Below are positions 24,917 through 35,227 of a stretch of 41,189 bases of DNA, piece by piece (position 1 is the first letter of the stretch; the number at the start of each line of letters is the position of its first letter). This DNA comes from Lachnospiraceae bacterium (GTDB lineage Bacteria; Bacillota; Clostridia; Lachnospirales; Lachnospiraceae). The notes beneath the pieces were generated by a model. It worked only from the letters and a program-made list of their open reading frames with translations, did no database searches and was not told where the DNA came from. Made by a program: the position numbers and the translations under genes. The stretch lies in contig JAFWDW010000008.1 of NCBI GenBank assembly GCA_017515965.1, positions 1-41,189 on the forward strand, written 5' to 3'.

Positions 24917-27349
24917 ATGAAATCATCATTATCATGGATCAAACAATATGTACCGGATCTGGATGTCACCGCGCAGGAGTATGCGGACGCTATGACACTC
25001 TCCGGTACGAAAGTCGAAGAGTATCAGGATCTGGCTGACGGACTTGACAAGATCGTTATAGGCAGGATCCTGACAGTTGAAAAGCACCCGGATGCGGATA
25101 AGCTGGTTGTCTGCCAGGTCGATGTTGGGGATGAGACGGCGATTCAAATCGTCACCGGAGCACCGAATGTTGCCGAGGGAGCTTTGGTCCCTGTCGTCCT
25201 TGACGGCGGGAGTGTGGCCGGCGGACACGATGGAAAAGCCCGTGTTCCAGGCGGTATTAAGATTAAAGCAGGAAAACTGCGCGGCGTGGAATCGGCCGGC
25301 ATGATCTGCGCAATTGAAGAGCTCGGAAGCAGCCGCGATGTCTTTCCTGATGCTCCGGAGTACGGGATCTACATCTTTCCTGAAGACGCAGATGTTAAAC
25401 CTGGTGACGATGCGGTCAAAGCGCTGGGCCTTGATGATATCGTGTTTGAATATGAGATCACATCAAACCGTGTTGACTGTTACAGCATCATAGGCATAGC
25501 CCGCGAAGCGGCTGTGACATTCGATAAAGAATTCAAGCTCCCGTCCGTGGCGCCGACAGGCAATGACGAGAATGCTGCCGATCTTATTTCAGTCGAAGTG
25601 GAAAATGAGCAGCTGTGCAGGCGGTTCGTAGCGCGCGTGGTCAAAGATGTCAAAGTGGCGCCGTCACCGGATTGGATGAAAAAGTGTCTGCGCTCGATGG
25701 GGATCCGACCGATCAACAATCTGGTCGATATCACAAATTATGTCATGCTCGAATACGGACAGCCGATGCATGCATATGACCTGAAGCATATCGCCGGAAA
25801 CAAGATCGTCGTCAAGACAGCGCATGACGGAGATAAGTTTGTGACACTGGACGGACAGGAGAGAGATCTCTTTGATGATTCGCTCATGATCTGTGACGGG
25901 GAGAAACCCGTCGGTCTGGCAGGCATCATGGGAGGTGAAAACTCCATGATCACAGATGATGTGCAGGATATGCTTCTGGAAGCAGCTTGTTTTGACGGAA
26001 CTAATGTACGTCAGACCTCACACAAGATCGGCCTGCGCACAGATGCTTCCACCATGTTTGAGAAGGGTCTGGATCCGCAGAACGCTAAAGCGGCAATGGA
26101 AAGAGCCTGCTCTTTGATCGAGGAGTTCGGTGCCGGTACTGTTGTCGGCGGAGCTGTAGATGTGTATCCGCATCCTGTCGAGTGCCGCCTGATCACTTTT
26201 GAGCCTGACGCAATCAACAGAATGCTGGGACTTGATCTGTCTGCGGATGAAATGCTGGCTATTTTCTATAAGCTTGATCTGCTTTATAACGCAGAGACAA
26301 ATGAAGTGATTATTCCGTCTTTCCGCCAGGATCTGAAGGAGACAGCTGATCTGGCTGAGGAAGTGGCGCGTTTCTACGGTTATGATAAGATCCCGACAAC
26401 ACTTCCTTCCGGAGAGTCGCTGATGGGCGGGCTTCATTTTGGGGATATCGTCAAGGAGAGACTGATGGATGCCGCGGTTTCGTGCGGATACAGCCAGGGT
26501 TACATGTATTCTTTTGAAAGCCCGAAAGCCTTTGATATGCTTGGTATTCCGGCTGACAGCGAATTGCGCCGTACCGTTGTGATCTCCAATCCGCTGGGAG
26601 AAGATTACAGTATCATGCGCACACAGACAGTCAACGGGATGCTGACATCGCTCTCAACGAACTTTAACCGCCGTATCCCGGCAGCAAAGCTTTTTGAAGC
26701 AGGTAATGTATATCTGCCGCATGATATTCCGATCACAGAGCTTCCGGATGAGAAGATGATGCTGACACTGGGCAGCTATAACAGCGGTGATTTCTATCAT
26801 ACTAAAGGCGATGTAGAGAGCATTTTAAAGCAGATCGGCATGAAGGACGAATTTGAGTATGTTCCGGATCCTGCCATAACCTATCTCCATCCCGGGAAAT
26901 CTGCACGTATTCTTTATCACAAAAAAGAGATCGGACTTCTCGGAGAAGCACATCCGACTGTTGCGGAGCGTTATTCGATCGGCAAACGCACTTATATCGC
27001 GGTTCTGGATCTGTCTGTCATTACCGGTATGGCCAAGTTTGAGCCAAAGTATAAACCGCTTGCAAAATTCCCGGCTACGCTGCGTGATCTGAGTTTTGTC
27101 GTGCCGGAGAGCGTTCTGGCCGGTGAGATCTCCGCAACGATCAAGAGAGCAGCCGGAAGAACACTGGAGAGCTGCTCACTCTTTGATCTGTATCAGGGGG
27201 ATCAGATCGAGAAGGGCTATAAGTCCATGGCTTATACGCTCACCTTCCGCGCATCTGACCACACCTTAAAAGATGAAGAAGTTTCCGGGATCATCGATAA
27301 AGTTTTAAAGAAACTCGAAGAAAAAGGGATTACACTCAGAGAGATTTAG
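24917..27349 (+). CDS. pheT: Phenylalanine--tRNA ligase beta subunit
   Basis: 810 aa. N-terminal tRNA-binding OB ([12 protein letters not shown]...), B3/4, B5 and FDX-ACB domains in the canonical order. Confidence 0.97.
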   Translation: MKSSLSWIKQYVPDLDVTAQEYADAMTLSGTKVEEYQDLADGLDKIVIGRILTVEKHPDADKLVVCQVDVGDETAIQIVTGAPNVAEGALVPVVLDGGSVAGGHDGKARVPGGIKIKAGKLRGVESAGMICAIEELGSSRDVFPDAPEYGIYIFPEDADVKPGDDAVKALGLDDIVFEYEITSNRVDCYSIIGIAREAAVTFDKEFKLPSVAPTGNDENAADLISVEVENEQLCRRFVARVVKDVKVAPSPDWMKKCLRSMGIRPINNLVDITNYVMLEYGQPMHAYDLKHIAGNKIVVKTAHDGDKFVTLDGQERDLFDDSLMICDGEKPVGLAGIMGGENSMITDDVQDMLLEAACFDGTNVRQTSHKIGLRTDASTMFEKGLDPQNAKAAMERACSLIEEFGAGTVVGGAVDVYPHPVECRLITFEPDAINRMLGLDLSADEMLAIFYKLDLLYNAETNEVIIPSFRQDLKETADLAEEVARFYGYDKIPTTLPSGESLMGGLHFGDIVKERLMDAAVSCGYSQGYMYSFESPKAFDMLGIPADSELRRTVVISNPLGEDYSIMRTQTVNGMLTSLSTNFNRRIPAAKLFEAGNVYLPHDIPITELPDEKMMLTLGSYNSGDFYHTKGDVESILKQIGMKDEFEYVPDPAITYLHPGKSARILYHKKEIGLLGEAHPTVAERYSIGKRTYIAVLDLSVITGMAKFEPKYKPLAKFPATLRDLSFVVPESVLAGEISATIKRAAGRTLESCSLFDLYQGDQIEKGYKSMAYTLTFRASDHTLKDEEVSGIIDKVLKKLEEKGITLREI

Positions 27350-27350
27350 A

Positions 27351-28376
27351 TTGAAGAAGTCAGATTTTTATTATGAATTACCTGAAGAACTGATCGCGCA
27401 GGATCCGCTGCGCGATCGTTCTTCGTCGCGCCTGCTTGTTCTTGATAAACAAACAGGTCAGATCAGGCACAGAACATTTACTGATGTGCTAGACTATCTG
27501 GAACCGGGAGACTGTATGGTCATCAATGACACGAAGGTCATTCCGGCGCGTCTTTACGGACAGAGAGAGGATACAGGAGGCCAGCTTGAAGTCCTGCTTC
27601 TTAAACGTCTGACCGGTGATGAGTGGGAGTGCCTGGTAAGACCGGGCAAAAAAGCGCGTACCGGACAGAGACTCGTCTTTGGCGACGGGCGGCTTCGCGC
27701 GCAGGTCTGCAGTATCGGTGAGGAAGGAAACCGTATTATCCGTTTCGAGTACGACGGGATCTTCGAGGAGATCCTGGATGCACTCGGCGAGATGCCTCTT
27801 CCGCCATATATCACCCATAAGCTTGCTGATCCTGATCGTTATCAGACCGTTTATGCGGTCAATAAAGGATCTGCGGCTGCGCCGACAGCCGGTTTGCATT
27901 TTACGGAGGATCTGCTTGACTCAGTGCGGGCGGCAGGCATCGATATCGTTCCCGTAACACTGCATGTCGGACTTGGTACTTTCCGTCCCGTGAAGGAAGA
28001 AAATGTGCTGGATCACCATATGCATGAGGAGTGGTACTCAGTCAGCAGGGATGCGGCTGACCGCATTAATGCGGCAAACGCGGCAGGACACCGTGTGGTC
28101 TGTGTCGGAACGACAAGCTGCCGTACGATTGAGTCGGCAGCCGGCGAGGACGGGCTGGTCAAGGCAGGAAACGGTGATACCAGACTGTTCATCTATCCCG
28201 GATACCGCTTCAAAGTCATGGATCGTCTGATCACGAATTTCCACCTTCCGGAATCGACACTGTTAATGCTTGTTTCAGCTCTTGCCGGGCGTGAACACAT
28301 TTTACACGCGTATCGGGAAGCGGTGAAAGAAAGATATCGTTTTTTCTCTTTCGGAGATGCAATGATCATCATTTAG
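27351..28376 (+). CDS. queA: S-adenosylmethionine:tRNA ribosyltransferase-isomerase
   Basis: 341 aa with TTG start. [17 protein letters not shown]-terminus, [23 protein letters not shown] motifs. Confidence 0.95.
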   Translation: MKKSDFYYELPEELIAQDPLRDRSSSRLLVLDKQTGQIRHRTFTDVLDYLEPGDCMVINDTKVIPARLYGQREDTGGQLEVLLLKRLTGDEWECLVRPGKKARTGQRLVFGDGRLRAQVCSIGEEGNRIIRFEYDGIFEEILDALGEMPLPPYITHKLADPDRYQTVYAVNKGSAAAPTAGLHFTEDLLDSVRAAGIDIVPVTLHVGLGTFRPVKEENVLDHHMHEEWYSVSRDAADRINAANAAGHRVVCVGTTSCRTIESAAGEDGLVKAGNGDTRLFIYPGYRFKVMDRLITNFHLPESTLLMLVSALAGREHILHAYREAVKERYRFFSFGDAMIII

Positions 28377-28394
28377 GCTGTCAAGAAAAAATAC

Positions 28395-28423
28395 TTGACA
28401 CACATAGAAAGCACCGATATAAT
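28395..28423 (+). promoter_or_regulatory. Perfect-consensus sigma-A promoter (TTGACA-17-TATAAT) for ylxM-ffh
   Basis: -35 at 28395-28400, 17-nt spacer, -10 at 28418-28423. The ATG at 28431 lies 7 nt after the -10. Confidence 0.7.
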
Positions 28424-28430
28424 GGGCAGC

Positions 28431-28790
28431 ATGGACGATATTTTGCGTCGATCGCTGCTCTTTGATTTTTACGGTGAGCTGCTGACCGATCACCAAAAGA
28501 ATATTTATGAAGCATCTGTCAGCGAAGACCTTTCTCTGAGCGAGATCGCCGCTCAGGAGGGGATCAGCCGGCAGGGCGTCCACGATCTGATCAACCGTAC
28601 GGACAAGATTCTTGAGAACTATGAGCAGAAGCTTCATCTGGTTGAACGTTTTCTGAGGACGAAAAACCAGATACAGGAGATACGGGAGGGATCCTTGCTT
28701 GCCTGCGGACTCTGTGCAGAAAACAGCGCGCAGAGACAACACCTCGAAAGAATTATTGAATTGACAGATCAGCTGATGGATGAATTATAA
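28431..28790 (+). CDS. ylxM: YlxM/UPF0122 putative DNA-binding (sigma-70 region-4-like) protein of the ffh operon
   Basis: MDDILRRSLLFDFYGELLTDHQKNIYE...LSLSEIAAQEGISRQGVHDLI is the YlxM signature. The track start 28395 is itself the -35 box. The in-frame ATG 28422 lies inside the -10. Confidence 0.85.
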   Translation: MDDILRRSLLFDFYGELLTDHQKNIYEASVSEDLSLSEIAAQEGISRQGVHDLINRTDKILENYEQKLHLVERFLRTKNQIQEIREGSLLACGLCAENSAQRQHLERIIELTDQLMDEL

Positions 28791-28799
28791 GAGGTTCAT

Positions 28800-30146
28800 A
28801 TGGCATTTGACAGTTTAAGTGATAAATTACAAAACGTTTTCAAAACGCTTCGCGGCAAAGGACGCCTCACGGAAGATGACGTCAAGATTGCTCTGCGCGA
28901 AGTTAAAATGGCGTTGCTTGAAGCGGATGTCAATTTCAAGGTAGTCAAGAGATTTACAAAAGACATTCAGGAACGCGCGATCGGTGAGGACGTGATGAAC
29001 GGTCTTAACCCCGGTCAGATGGTCGTCAAAATCGTTCATGAAGAGCTGATCCGTCTGATGGGTGAGGAGCCTGTTAAACTTGCGCTAAAACCCAGAGATC
29101 AGATCACGGTTCTGATGATGATGGGACTTCAGGGAGCGGGTAAAACAACGACGGCTGCCAAGCTGGCAGGCCTGCTGAAGAAAGACGGACGCAAACCGCT
29201 CCTCGTGGCATGCGATATTTATCGTCCCGCAGCCATTGAACAGCTCAAGGTCAATGGTCAGAAGCAAAATGTTGATGTCTTCTCTATGGGAGATCAGAAC
29301 AAACCGGCTGTTATCGCCAAAGCAGCGTATGACCACGCGGAGAAGAATGGCTATGATACGGTGATTATTGACACAGCCGGACGGTTACACATCGATCAGG
29401 ATATGATGGATGAACTGAAAGAGATCCGTCAGGTGGTAGATGTGGATCAGACACTTCTGACTGTCGATGCCATGACCGGTCAGGATGCCGTGAAAGTTGC
29501 GGAGGCATTCAAGGATCAGATCGGCATTGACGGTGTCATTTTGACAAAGCTGGACGGCGATACCCGAGGCGGCGCTGCGCTGTCAGTACGCGCTGTAACA
29601 GGTAAGCCGATTCTGTATGCAGGTATGGGAGAGAAACTGACTGATCTGGAGCCTTTCTATCCCGACAGGATGGCTTCCCGTATCCTGGGGATGGGTGATG
29701 TCCTGACACTGATCGACAAAGCGCAGGAGAGTATCGACGAGGAGGAAGCAGCCAAGCTGGTTCAGAAAGTCGGTAAGGCTCAGTTTGATTTTAATGATTA
29801 TCTGACGAGTATCAGTCAGATGCGTAAGATGGGCGGTCTTTCGGATATTCTTTCGATGCTGCCGGGCCTCGGCGGCAAGATTCAGAATATTGATATGGAT
29901 CAGGGAGAAAAGCAGATGATGGTCACAGAAGCGATGATCTATTCCATGACACCGCAGGAGCGGGCCAATCCTGATATTCTGACACCCTCCCGGAAAAACC
30001 GGATCGCAAAGGGAAGCGGACTGGACATTTCTGAGGTCAACAGGATCGTCAAACAGTTTGAGCAGACAAGAAAGATGATGAAGCAGATGCCCGGCATGAT
30101 GAAGCGAGGGAAAAAACGCGGCGGTTTCTTTAACATGCCGTTTTAG
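28800..30146 (+). CDS. ffh: Signal recognition particle protein Ffh
   Basis: 448 aa. NG domain GLQGAGKTTT, DTAGR, TKLDGD. Met-rich M domain. Confidence 0.97.
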   Translation: MAFDSLSDKLQNVFKTLRGKGRLTEDDVKIALREVKMALLEADVNFKVVKRFTKDIQERAIGEDVMNGLNPGQMVVKIVHEELIRLMGEEPVKLALKPRDQITVLMMMGLQGAGKTTTAAKLAGLLKKDGRKPLLVACDIYRPAAIEQLKVNGQKQNVDVFSMGDQNKPAVIAKAAYDHAEKNGYDTVIIDTAGRLHIDQDMMDELKEIRQVVDVDQTLLTVDAMTGQDAVKVAEAFKDQIGIDGVILTKLDGDTRGGAALSVRAVTGKPILYAGMGEKLTDLEPFYPDRMASRILGMGDVLTLIDKAQESIDEEEAAKLVQKVGKAQFDFNDYLTSISQMRKMGGLSDILSMLPGLGGKIQNIDMDQGEKQMMVTEAMIYSMTPQERANPDILTPSRKNRIAKGSGLDISEVNRIVKQFEQTRKMMKQMPGMMKRGKKRGGFFNMPF

Positions 30147-30218
30147 AGATATCGTTTTTCCGAGTGCACAGACACTCTGAAATATAAGAATTTAGGATTT
30201 GTTTTAAGGAGGATCAAA

Positions 30219-30461
30219 ATGGTAAAAATCAGATTAAAGAGAATGGGCAAGAAAAAAGCTCCGCGCTACCGCATTGTTGTGGCAGACGCACGTTCACCCC
30301 GTGACGGACGGTTCATAGAGGAAATCGGTCTCTACGATCCGACTCAGGAGCCGAGCCTTTATAAGGTTGATGAGGAAGCAGCTAAGAAATGGCTGAACAG
30401 CGGTGCTGTTCCGACTGCGACAGTCGGCAAAATCTTCAAGCTTGCTGGCATCTCCAAATAA
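30219..30461 (+). CDS. rpsP: 30S ribosomal protein S16
   Basis: [34 protein letters not shown]... SD AAGGAGG. Confidence 0.97.
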   Translation: MVKIRLKRMGKKKAPRYRIVVADARSPRDGRFIEEIGLYDPTQEPSLYKVDEEAAKKWLNSGAVPTATVGKIFKLAGISK

Positions 30462-30480
30462 GATTCCGGAGGTTTGGGAG

Positions 30481-30708
30481 ATGAAGGAACTAGTTGAAGT
30501 GATGGCTAAAGGTTTGGTCTCAAAGCCTGATGAAGTCTCGGTTACAGAGTATCAAAAGGGAGATGAGACAATTCTTAAGCTTCATGTTGCCGAAGATGAT
30601 ATGGGCAAAGTGATCGGCCATGCAGGTCGTATTGCAAAAGCGATCCGTGTCATTGTGAAAGCAGCTGCTGTCAAGGAAGACAAACAGGTTTCGGTGGATA
30701 TTGAATGA
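30481..30708 (+). CDS. KH-domain RNA-binding protein (YlqC/UPF0109)
   Basis: 75 aa from ATG 30481 (SD GGAGG at 30469-30473). DMGKVIGHAGRIAKAIR holds the KH GxxG loop. The track start 30403 overlaps rpsP and is rejected. Confidence 0.9.
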   Translation: MKELVEVMAKGLVSKPDEVSVTEYQKGDETILKLHVAEDDMGKVIGHAGRIAKAIRVIVKAAAVKEDKQVSVDIE

Positions 30709-31229
30709 AAGCAAGTGAGCTGCAGGTCGGTGTGATCACCGGTACACATGGTATTAAAGGCCTTGTGAAGGTATTGCCGTTTACAGATGATCCGGAACGA
30801 TTTGCCAATATGCACGAAGTGACTGCAGTCTGTGTAAACGGTCAGCGCATTCCGCTTGAAATCACACACGCCGGTCCGCATAAAGACCGCATACTGGTCA
30901 GCTTTAAGGGGATGGACAATATCAATCTTGTCGAACATCTTAAAGGAGCTGAACTCTACGTAGAGCGGAAAGATGCTGCGCCGCTTGGTGAAGATGAGTA
31001 CTACTTTGCTGATCTGATCGGCATGAAGGTCATCAGAGACGATGGCGATAACGAGCAGATGATCGGAATTCTTTCGGATATCATGCAGACCGGAGCCAAT
31101 GATGTCTACGTTGTCAGATCGGAAAGCGGACATGAGATTTTGATTCCGGCGATCCGTGACTGTATCGTCGACGTTGATATTGATGCAGGAGTGATGAAGG
31201 TCAGACTCCTTCCGGGAATGGAGGAATAA
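30705..31229 (+). CDS. rimM: 16S rRNA processing protein RimM
   Basis: 174 aa. VGVITGTHGIKGLVKV N-terminus and PRC-barrel C-terminus. ATGA overlap with the KH gene. Confidence 0.93.
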   Translation: MKASELQVGVITGTHGIKGLVKVLPFTDDPERFANMHEVTAVCVNGQRIPLEITHAGPHKDRILVSFKGMDNINLVEHLKGAELYVERKDAAPLGEDEYYFADLIGMKVIRDDGDNEQMIGILSDIMQTGANDVYVVRSESGHEILIPAIRDCIVDVDIDAGVMKVRLLPGMEE

Positions 31230-31232
31230 AGA

Positions 31233-31967
31233 ATGACATTTTATATCATGACCCTCTTTCCGGATATGATCGATGCCGTGATGGGTGAGAGTATCATCGG
31301 GCGTGCAATCGAGAACGGGCTGTTGTCTGTTAAAACGTACAATATACGTGATTTTGCTTTCAATAAGCACAGCAGAGTTGATGACTATCCGTACGGCGGA
31401 GGCGCCGGGATGCTGATGCAGGCCGAACCGGTCTGGCAGACTTATCAGGCGATTCTCAAGGATTCCGGAAAAGACTGTTTACCGGTTGTCTATCTGTCGC
31501 CGAAAGGACAGATCTTTGATCAGGAAAAAGCCCGCATTTATGCGGCCTGTGATGATCTTGTTCTGTTGTGCGGCCACTACGAGGGGATCGATGAACGCAT
31601 TCTGGAAGAGATCGTGACAGAAGAGATCTCGATTGGAGATTTCGTTCTGACAGGAGGAGAGATTCCTGCTATGGCGGTTGTGGATACTGTCGCCAGGCTG
31701 CTCCCCGGAGTCCTGCACAATGATGAGTCGGCCGAGACGGAGAGTTTTTCTGACGGACTTCTTGAATATCCGCAGTATACGCGGCCTGAAATATGGCATG
31801 ATAAGCGTGTACCGGAAATTCTGCTCTCCGGTCATCATGCAAATGTTGAAAAATGGCGTCACATGGAGGCGCTCAAGGTCACGGCGCAAAAACGTCCTGA
31901 CCTCTTGGACTCAGTATCACTGACTTCAGAAGAAGCTGAAGCTGTAGCAGATATCTTGCAAAGTTAA
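31233..31967 (+). CDS. trmD: tRNA (guanine37-N1)-methyltransferase
   Basis: 244 aa. DDYPYGGGAGMLM, CGHYEGIDERI, SIGDFVLTGGE motifs. Confidence 0.96.
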   Translation: MTFYIMTLFPDMIDAVMGESIIGRAIENGLLSVKTYNIRDFAFNKHSRVDDYPYGGGAGMLMQAEPVWQTYQAILKDSGKDCLPVVYLSPKGQIFDQEKARIYAACDDLVLLCGHYEGIDERILEEIVTEEISIGDFVLTGGEIPAMAVVDTVARLLPGVLHNDESAETESFSDGLLEYPQYTRPEIWHDKRVPEILLSGHHANVEKWRHMEALKVTAQKRPDLLDSVSLTSEEAEAVADILQS

Positions 31968-31984
31968 GATGATAATGTTAAAAT
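31956..31984 (+). promoter_or_regulatory. Candidate internal promoter for rplS (TTGCAA-17-TAAAAT)
   Basis: -35 at 31956-31961 (inside the trmD 3' end), 17-nt spacer, -10 at 31979-31984. Confidence 0.45.
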
Positions 31985-32013
31985 GAATCGTTGTTTTTGA
32001 GGAGGAACTAAAA

Positions 32014-32361
32014 ATGAATGAGATCATTCGCGATATCGAATTAAACGAGATGAAGGAGAATCCTTCCGCATTTTGCGTAGGAGATACCGTACGCGTTTAC
32101 AATAAGATCAAAGAAGGTAACCGCGAGCGTGTTCAGGTGTTTGAGGGTACAGTTCTCAAGCGTCAGAACGGCGGCAACAGAGAGACTTTTACAGTCCGCA
32201 AGAACTCCGGCGGTATCGGCGTTGAGAAGACATGGCCGCTTCACTCACCGAATATTGAAAAGATCGAAGTGATCCGCCGTGGTAAAGTACGCCGCGCTAA
32301 GCTCAATTACCTGCGTCAGCGTACCGGTAAGCGCGCAAAGGTCAAGGAACGCGTATCCTGA
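32014..32361 (+). CDS. rplS: 50S ribosomal protein L19
   Basis: 115 aa. [28 protein letters not shown], signature of L19. Confidence 0.97.
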   Translation: MNEIIRDIELNEMKENPSAFCVGDTVRVYNKIKEGNRERVQVFEGTVLKRQNGGNRETFTVRKNSGGIGVEKTWPLHSPNIEKIEVIRRGKVRRAKLNYLRQRTGKRAKVKERVS

Positions 32362-32381
32362 TCTTTTTCAGGAACAGAATC

Positions 32382-32417
32382 AAGGCGTCTGCAGCGTATC
32401 GTTGTAAACGCCTTTTT
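32382..32417 (+). terminator. Possible intrinsic terminator after rplS
   Basis: AAGGCGT (32382-32388) pairs with ACGCCTT (32408-32414) followed by TTT. The loop is large (about 19 nt), so strength is doubtful. Confidence 0.4.
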
Positions 32418-32435
32418 CATTAGAGGGGATACTAA

Positions 32436-33104
32436 ATGGCAGGATGGCGTAGAAAAAGGACGTTCCGAACTGATTACGGACCTCATCTGCCCTTTAAATT
32501 CAACAGAAAGAAGAGACAGAAGCAAGCTCGTGCTCTGCTGAAAAAAATGAACAAAGTCAAGGATGACCATGTTCATTTTAATCCGAAAACTGTCGCTGTC
32601 TGGGCATTTCAGATCATGGTGACGGTCCTGCTTGCTTTTGTCTTTGTGTGGTATTTCGGCACACGTATCACCAGTATGGACAACGGCATGAATCCGCAGA
32701 TCCGCAATCAGCAGACAGTTCTGGTGAACCGTGTCGTCTATAATGCGACGCGCCCGAAAAGAGGCGACATCGTCGTCTTTAAACCGCATGGGAATGAGAA
32801 GGACCGCTACTATATCAGACGCATTATAGGCATGCCCGGAGAAACCATCCAGATCAAAGAGGGGAAGCTCTATATTGACGGAAAGAGGCTGAAAGCATCA
32901 TATGTCCCGGGCAATATTGCACAGGCAGGTCTTGCTGAGGAGGAGATGAAGATCGCCTCCGATGAATATTTTGTCATCAGTGACAATCAATACAATCTTG
33001 AGGATTCCCGCGCGACCAATATAGGCAATGTGACTCGTTCAAGTGTCTATGGTAAGGCTTGGTTTGTTCCCTCGGTATCCAGACAATTCGGTTTTATCAA
33101 GTAA
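32436..33104 (+). CDS. Signal peptidase I (S26) paralogue with substituted catalytic dyad; long basic N-terminal tail
   Basis: 222 aa with one TM. Gap-free alignment to the intact copy at 34005 and to B. subtilis SipS boxes gives GMNP in place of SMxP and YIRRIIGMPGE in place of YIKRIxGxPGE. Box E is degenerate (SDNQYNLEDSR). SD GAGGGG. Confidence 0.8.
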   Translation: MAGWRRKRTFRTDYGPHLPFKFNRKKRQKQARALLKKMNKVKDDHVHFNPKTVAVWAFQIMVTVLLAFVFVWYFGTRITSMDNGMNPQIRNQQTVLVNRVVYNATRPKRGDIVVFKPHGNEKDRYYIRRIIGMPGETIQIKEGKLYIDGKRLKASYVPGNIAQAGLAEEEMKIASDEYFVISDNQYNLEDSRATNIGNVTRSSVYGKAWFVPSVSRQFGFIK

Positions 33105-33113
33105 GGCAGTATC

Positions 33114-33983
33114 ATGGATTTGAAACGCGAATTACAATGGTATCCAGGACATATGGCAAAGGCCGTCCGGCAGATGAGAGAGCAGATGAAGCTCGTTGAT
33201 CTGGTGATCGAGGTCATCGATGCAAGGATTCCTTCATCAGCACGAAACCCTGAACTTGATCAGATCGCGCAGGGTAAGATCAGGTTATTGATCATGGCAA
33301 AAGCCGATCTGGCCGATCCGGCAGAGACTGACAGATGGCTTTCCTATTTCAGATCGCAAAACCTTAACGCTGCTGCGATCGATGCCAGACGCAAGCAGGA
33401 CATGAAATACGTCAAGGAGCAGATTTCGTGCCTGGTGAAAGCAAAGCAGGAGCGCGATAAAAAGCGGGGCATCCGCTTCAGACCGGTGCGCGCACTTGTT
33501 GTCGGAATACCTAATGTCGGCAAATCAACGCTGATCAATTCTTTAGCTTCCAGATCAGTGGCTAAGACGGGAAATAAGCCGGGCGTGACAAAAGGCCAGC
33601 AATGGATCAAATGTCCGCAGGGTTATGAGCTCCTTGATACACCCGGTATACTGTGGCCGAAGTTTACTGATCAGACAGAGGGAATGCATCTCGCATTGAT
33701 CGGAACGATGCCTGACAGTCTCAAGCTCGTATCGCCTGAGAAAATGGCTCTTGCCGCTATCGAGTACGGACTGAAAGCATGGCCGGAAAAACTGACTGAA
33801 GATTACCAAATCAGCATGGAGCAGGAACCGGCTGAGTATTTAAATAAAATCGCAGAAAGACTCCATGCCGTCAAAAGCGGCGGCGCTCCGGACACAGAGA
33901 AAGCGGCTAATGTGCTGGTGGATCGTTTCAGAAAAGGTGTGATGGGTCCCGTGACTCTTGAGTACGCACCGGATATGGCTTAA
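33114..33983 (+). CDS. rbgA: Ribosome biogenesis GTPase A (YlqF/RbgA)
   Basis: 289 aa. Circularly permuted GTPase with order G4 (MAKADL) ... G1 (GIPNVGKST) ... G3 (DTPG). N-terminal QWYPGHMAKA. Confidence 0.93.
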   Translation: MDLKRELQWYPGHMAKAVRQMREQMKLVDLVIEVIDARIPSSARNPELDQIAQGKIRLLIMAKADLADPAETDRWLSYFRSQNLNAAAIDARRKQDMKYVKEQISCLVKAKQERDKKRGIRFRPVRALVVGIPNVGKSTLINSLASRSVAKTGNKPGVTKGQQWIKCPQGYELLDTPGILWPKFTDQTEGMHLALIGTMPDSLKLVSPEKMALAAIEYGLKAWPEKLTEDYQISMEQEPAEYLNKIAERLHAVKSGGAPDTEKAANVLVDRFRKGVMGPVTLEYAPDMA

Positions 33984-34004
33984 AGGAGTAGAAAAAAGCA
34001 AGTT

Positions 34005-34571
34005 ATGCGTGAAGAGAAACAAAAATCAACTGCAGCCAGCATCTTATCATGGATCTTGTATTTACTGATCGTTGTCGTTCTGTCTTTTTTGTGTGTGACC
34101 TTTGTAGCACAGCGCACAAAAGTGATCGGACAGTCCATGTATCCGTTTTTAAACGATGGTGATCAGTTGATCGTAGACAAAATATCATACAGACTCAGAG
34201 ATCCGAAACGCTTTGATGTCGTTGTCTTTCCGTATCGTTATGAACAGAATAAAAATTACATCAAGCGGATCGTCGCGCTGCCGGGCGAAACCATCCAGAT
34301 TATCGGCGGAGAAGTCTATATCAACGGAGAGAAACTCCATGATCCGTACGGCGAACAGATCGGGCTTATGGATTATGCCGGAACAGCTGAAGAGCCTTAT
34401 ACACTCGCGGATGACGAGTATTTCGTGCTCGGGGATAATCGCAATAACAGTAAAGATTCCAGATTCGGCGATGTCGGTCCCATTCTCAAAGATGAGTTGA
34501 TCGGGCGTGCCTGGCTGCAGATCTATCCGTTTTCAGACTTCGGATTCGTAAGTCATGGTGAAAAAGAGTGA
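34005..34571 (+). CDS. lepB: Signal peptidase I (intact catalytic motifs)
   Basis: 188 aa. GQSMYPFL (Ser), [14 protein letters not shown] (Lys), [11 protein letters not shown] (box E). Confidence 0.92.
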   Translation: MREEKQKSTAASILSWILYLLIVVVLSFLCVTFVAQRTKVIGQSMYPFLNDGDQLIVDKISYRLRDPKRFDVVVFPYRYEQNKNYIKRIVALPGETIQIIGGEVYINGEKLHDPYGEQIGLMDYAGTAEEPYTLADDEYFVLGDNRNNSKDSRFGDVGPILKDELIGRAWLQIYPFSDFGFVSHGEKE

Positions 34572-35227
34572 CGACGCAAGCTGAGAGAGAGGCAAGGCGC
34601 CTTGAAAAGATCCGGAAAGAGAAAGAGCGCACACATCTGCTGTACGTCTATGAGCGCGAGCAGAGAGTATGTGCTTCTTTTATTGCAGGCGTGGATGAAG
34701 TCGGGCGAGGGCCGTTAGCAGGACCTGTTGTAGCTGCTGCTGTCATACTGCCGTCCGATTACGAGATCACCGGGTTAAACGATTCCAAGAAACTCTCTGA
34801 AAAACGAAGAGAGGCGATGGATGAGATCATACGCAGGGAGGCAGTATCTTTCGGAATCGGTCTGATCAGTCAGGACAGGATCGATGAGATCAATATACTT
34901 CAGGCCACATACGAAGCGATGCGGCTCGCACTTGAGCAGCTTTCGCCAGCACCGGATATGATCCTGGCAGATGCGGTGACGATACCGGGAATCGAAACAC
35001 GTCAGCTTCCGATCATAAAAGGAGATGCAAAGAGCGCTTCGATCGCCGCAGCCAGCATCATTGCCAAAGTTTACCGCGATCATCTTATGATCGAATACGA
35101 CAGCCTTTATCCGGAGTACAGTTTTGCACGCAATAAAGGCTACGGGACAAAAGAGCATATAAACGCGCTGAAAGAATTCGGTCCCACACCGCTTCACAGA
35201 AAGAGCTTTATTGGACATTTCGTATGA
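34568..35227 (+). CDS. rnhB: Ribonuclease HII
   Basis: 219 aa. GTG start overlapping the lepB stop (GTGA). [28 protein letters not shown] motifs. Confidence 0.95.
   Translation: MTTQAEREARRLEKIRKEKERTHLLYVYEREQRVCASFIAGVDEVGRGPLAGPVVAAAVILPSDYEITGLNDSKKLSEKRREAMDEIIRREAVSFGIGLISQDRIDEINILQATYEAMRLALEQLSPAPDMILADAVTIPGIETRQLPIIKGDAKSASIAAASIIAKVYRDHLMIEYDSLYPEYSFARNKGYGTKEHINALKEFGPTPLHRKSFIGHFV

Noticed and set aside
28395-28430. Track start TTG 28395 for ylxM. Also track starts 6955 (aroK), 14111 (polA), 21786 (bioY), 22387 (DUF1284), 30403 (KH protein) and 35603 (pgeF)
   Set aside because: Each upstream start lacks an SD and/or overlaps a terminator, promoter box or the preceding gene. 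A downstream in-frame ATG has a good SD (or, for ylxM, the expected +1 position) and restores the family-typical N-terminus.
30582-31370. 262-aa minus-strand ORF antisense to KH/rimM/trmD. Similar cases at 4622-5224, 39555-40100 and 13455-13916
   Set aside because: Same reasoning: antisense to highly conserved genes, with no ribosome-binding site or family signature.
31968-32013. L19 leader (rplS autoregulatory RNA) upstream of rplS
   Set aside because: The intergenic space is 46 nt and shows no stable stem-loop, so it is too short for the Bacillus-type L19 leader.
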